A DNA stretch of 64,000 nt from Massalongia carnosa (taxonomy: Eukaryota): NCBI GenBank assembly GCA_965645245.1, contig OZ287067.1:3658001-3722000 (forward strand). The letters run 5' to 3'. The translations under genes were made by a program, and so were the position numbers. Below, in pieces: positions 61,287 through 64,000 of this stretch (the stretch's first letter is position 1; each line of letters starts with the position of its first letter). The notes beneath the pieces were generated by a model, which was given only the letters and a program-made list of their open reading frames with translations, had not been told where the DNA came from and made no database searches.

Positions 61287-61458
61287 GATTATACTGTTTA
61301 ATAAGATGATATTAATAAGTTTTATTATTTGAAGCTACTTTTGTATGGAAAATGTATGATGAAAAGGCTTCAACATGTAAGATAGTCCAAATATTGATAT
61401 TTTCGGATTTTCTTAGTCCCGTTGAGCGGTTTGTACCGTTGACTAGTGAATTACGTTA

Positions 61459-61990
61459 TCAATGATCTCATCTTCGTCGGGGTTGGATATCTTCAAAAAT
61501 CGCTTGAGTTGCTCCCATCTTCGAAGACTCATGGCTTGAATTACCATGTCATGTATGGCAAATTTAGGAGACGTGTTCCAATAGTCAGTAAGACGTGGCA
61601 TCAGTGTATACCCCATATATAATAGAATTACCAGAAAAGCTCCTATTTCAGAAGAAGAGGTGTCATGCCATTGACGTCTCTTGATGTCGTTTAGGGCATA
61701 CTTCTTTTTCGCTTTAAGATTGGTGTTTTTAGCTATTATTTCAAGCATTTCAAAGTTAAAGAAGAGGCAGAATAAACTGAAAGGAGTCTGATTTATCAAG
61801 CGCAACGTCTCGTCCGGCTGTGGTTTTCGAAATGGGATCGAAATTGGACAATAATTTGATGACGGAGGGGGCATGGAGTCAATTATGCTTTGTACGCTGG
61901 GTTTATTCTTTTTGGCCTGTTCTTTCAGAATTGAGAGGGTAAAGCGTCTGATTGGTCAGGAACTTCTATCTCAATGCCTCTCATGATTAT
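61459..61990 (-). pseudogene. N-terminal fragment of a piggyBac-like transposase
   Basis: PFSLFCLFF..EII.KNTN..W..T..EI.AF..ILLYMG..P..DYW..MS..RWEQLKRFL. Confidence 0.85.
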
Positions 61991-62310
61991 TCTAAAGAAA
62001 TTGTAGATGTTTTGATGATTTTCAACTGATGTTTACCTTCTTATTTACAAAAAAAGGGGAGAATGTTTTGAAGTTCGCGACTCAGCCCTACGGTATCTCA
62101 CTAAGCCTATTTAAGGTGGCTGCCAAATTGCCAGACAAAGGGATACCGATCTATTTAATAGGCCGGGCCTTTTAAATGGAATAAGGTTTTTTCGAGGTCT
62201 GTAACTACCAATACTGTCAGGACAGCTTTCTATAAGACAGGAACGGTGGCACACTTCTGCAGGGGGTGCGCGGGAAGATACCCTTGCGATAGTCTCAACC
62301 GGTCCAATCA

Positions 62311-62419
62311 TGTAATAGCAATTAGTTTGACGAACGTGGCCTGATCAAGGTGGGGCTATAGGATAAACAGCCCTTTGCCAACCTCTTTCGGAGGGCCACT
62401 GATCAATCTATTGATTACA
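62311..62419 (+). repeat. Putative short 5' LTR of the Gypsy at the right edge
   Basis: TGTAAT...ATTACA, 109 bp, upstream of gag; partner LTR not in window. Confidence 0.45.
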
Positions 62420-62773
62420 CTCCACCTACTGCTGTTCCATAGCGACTCCTATTCTATTGTCCTACCACTACTGTAGAGCCATATAGTCACACTATTCGTA
62501 TTTCGCCTAACATATTGATCAGTCTTAAAACGAAGAACGGTCCGACTACGATATGGCACCACGAGGTCGTCCTGCTGCATCTGCTAGAGGTAACCCCATT
62601 ACCCAACCTGAAGGAACTGACTATTCTTCTACAACGCGTACCTCTGGCGAGGGGCCTGGTAATGACCAGCGACTACCAACTATGGAAGATATACGACAGG
62701 AGTTGGATGATATCAACGACCAGCGCGCCCGAGCCCAATTGGCAACTAACCTCGAAAAGGCCAGGGCCGAACG

Positions 62774-63651
62774 TATAAGAGGGACAGTAGACACTAGTCT
62801 TATGGGTTATAATGCTCAGTGTGACTGCTAATAGATTGATAGGTGCTAAAGCTAAAAGCTTATTCCCTGAAGATGGGAATCGAGCTTTCTATATACCCCT
62901 TGGGGTCCTATTTACTAACTACTTGTCTGGTTACCTGTCTGCCTTGTTGCCTTCAGCTGAGGTCTAGTAGATAGCCTTGCTGCCTTCAGCTGAGGTCTAG
63001 CAGATAACCTTGTTGCCTTCAGCTGAGGTCTAGCAGATAGCCTTGTTGCCTTCAGCTGAGGTCTAGCAGATAGCCTTGTTGCCTTTGTCATGGAGTGACT
63101 GGGCACCTGCCAGTAAGTTCATTGAATCAACCTTAGCTTCTTGAACGAAGCACTAGCCGGTTAGCCGATCCGAAAGGAACTAAGCTTAATCCGGTTCAAA
63201 GGTAAGTGTTCCGACTATCAATAGTGTCATGGCGATAGTTTCATGCTAGGGACTTGGGGAAATTGGATCAACGGCTGGATTGGGACTAGTTCCGTTCGCC
63301 AGAGTCTTATACTCGCCCACGTTGGATTTTCTGTTTCTTTTCTCCTTGTCGAACGTCTTGTCCACCTAGCTAGACAATCAAGTAACACGTTTGCACTACC
63401 TGAATTCCTACCTGACCTCGCACCGTGACAGCCTTCAGCTGAGGTCTCCTAGGCGTCCCAGGCCTCCCATGAGATCGAGGCTTATCTGAATAGCTTCAGT
63501 TGCTGCCTATCAAACTGGTAAGGCTGATTGCTGATGGCTTAGTATTGCTATCCGCCTTATCATGACTAAGCATCCGGATTATCAGTCACCCGGTCTTCTT
63601 GGGTGAGTCATCTCAGGAGCTAGCGCAGTCCTGTATTGCCGCGCTATTACA
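62774..63651. mobile_element. Solo LTR (~528 bp net) with 33-bp tandem repeats (62941-63085)
   Basis: TATAAG (probably mutated TGTAAG)...ATTACA, TSD GAACG. Confidence 0.82.
63086..63430 (+). mobile_element. Solo LTR (345 bp) nested in the previous solo LTR
   Basis: TGTCA...TGACA, TSD GCCTT; shares both ends with 30128-30390. Confidence 0.9.
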
Positions 63652-64000
63652 GAACGAGACGCTGGTTTCCCAACAGAACCTCCTACTATGACAATACCTA
63701 TCAGAGCAAAGGAAGTGGACCCTCTTAGTCTCGAAAAGTCCTTTAAAGTTGCTGACCCTAAGCTTAACACGGGTACTAATCAGAAGGACTATGAGACCTT
63801 CATTAGAGAATGTCAACGGACGTTCGAGACTAAACCCATCACTTATGCGACTGACAGGGCAAAGATTCTCTATGCTGAGAACTTTATTGACGGCACCCCG
63901 GCGAATGACTGGCATCGCGAAAGACCAACCCCAGACCAACCCTCCTATACGTGGGAACATATGACTCACTTTTTACAGGAGAAACTCAAACCCAAACACC

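Larger units (their letters stand above)
45511..61456 (-). mobile_element. Fot1/Pot2-type pogo element expanded to 15.9 kb by nested insertions
   Basis: ~44-bp TIRs ACGTAATTCACTAGTCAACGG.ACAAACCGCTCAACGGGACTAA, TA TSD (45509-45510, 61457-61458). Confidence 0.93.
62553..64000 (+). pseudogene. gag: Ty3/Gypsy gag (62553-62773 joined to 63657-64000), runs off window
   Basis: Removing the insertion gives in-frame ARAER|DAGFPTEPP...DYETFIRECQRTF..Y.TDRAKILYA..DW..TWEHM..FL (capsid-like). Confidence 0.8.

Noticed and set aside
62085..62114. piggyBac left terminus at TTAA 62111-62114
   Set aside because: Adjacent bases are not the expected CCC-type end and no partner TIR is in the window
62115..62310. 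Unassigned ~200-bp segment
   Set aside because: No ORF, repeat or motif that I can support

Overview
This window is a fungal (Pezizomycotina-like, inferred from the element families and short GT-AG introns) stack of nested transposable elements with no recognisable host gene. Target-site duplications (TSDs) resolve most of the nest. (1) A truncated Ty3/Gypsy (1-~2794) is fused to a MULE fragment. (2) An 8.1-kb TIR element (3275-11407) carries a degenerate SNF2 helicase, a truncated putative transposase and a divergent intron-containing ORF; this is the most unusual item. (3) A MULE (11418-~30478) is interrupted by a 1030-bp solo LTR, a 9.6-kb Gypsy with an extra ORF (itself hit by a Copia solo LTR), a Copia with TG..TA LTRs and another solo LTR. 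(4) A hAT (~30479-~45500) contains a pogo/Fot1 element, which contains a Tc1, which contains a near-intact chromovirus. (5) A piggyBac-like fragment is interrupted by a Fot1 element (45511-61456), which contains a decayed Copia carrying an intact full-length LINE and two solo LTRs. (6) A further Gypsy gag at the right edge is interrupted by nested solo LTRs. All calls come from reading the sequence and translations by eye; no database search was run.
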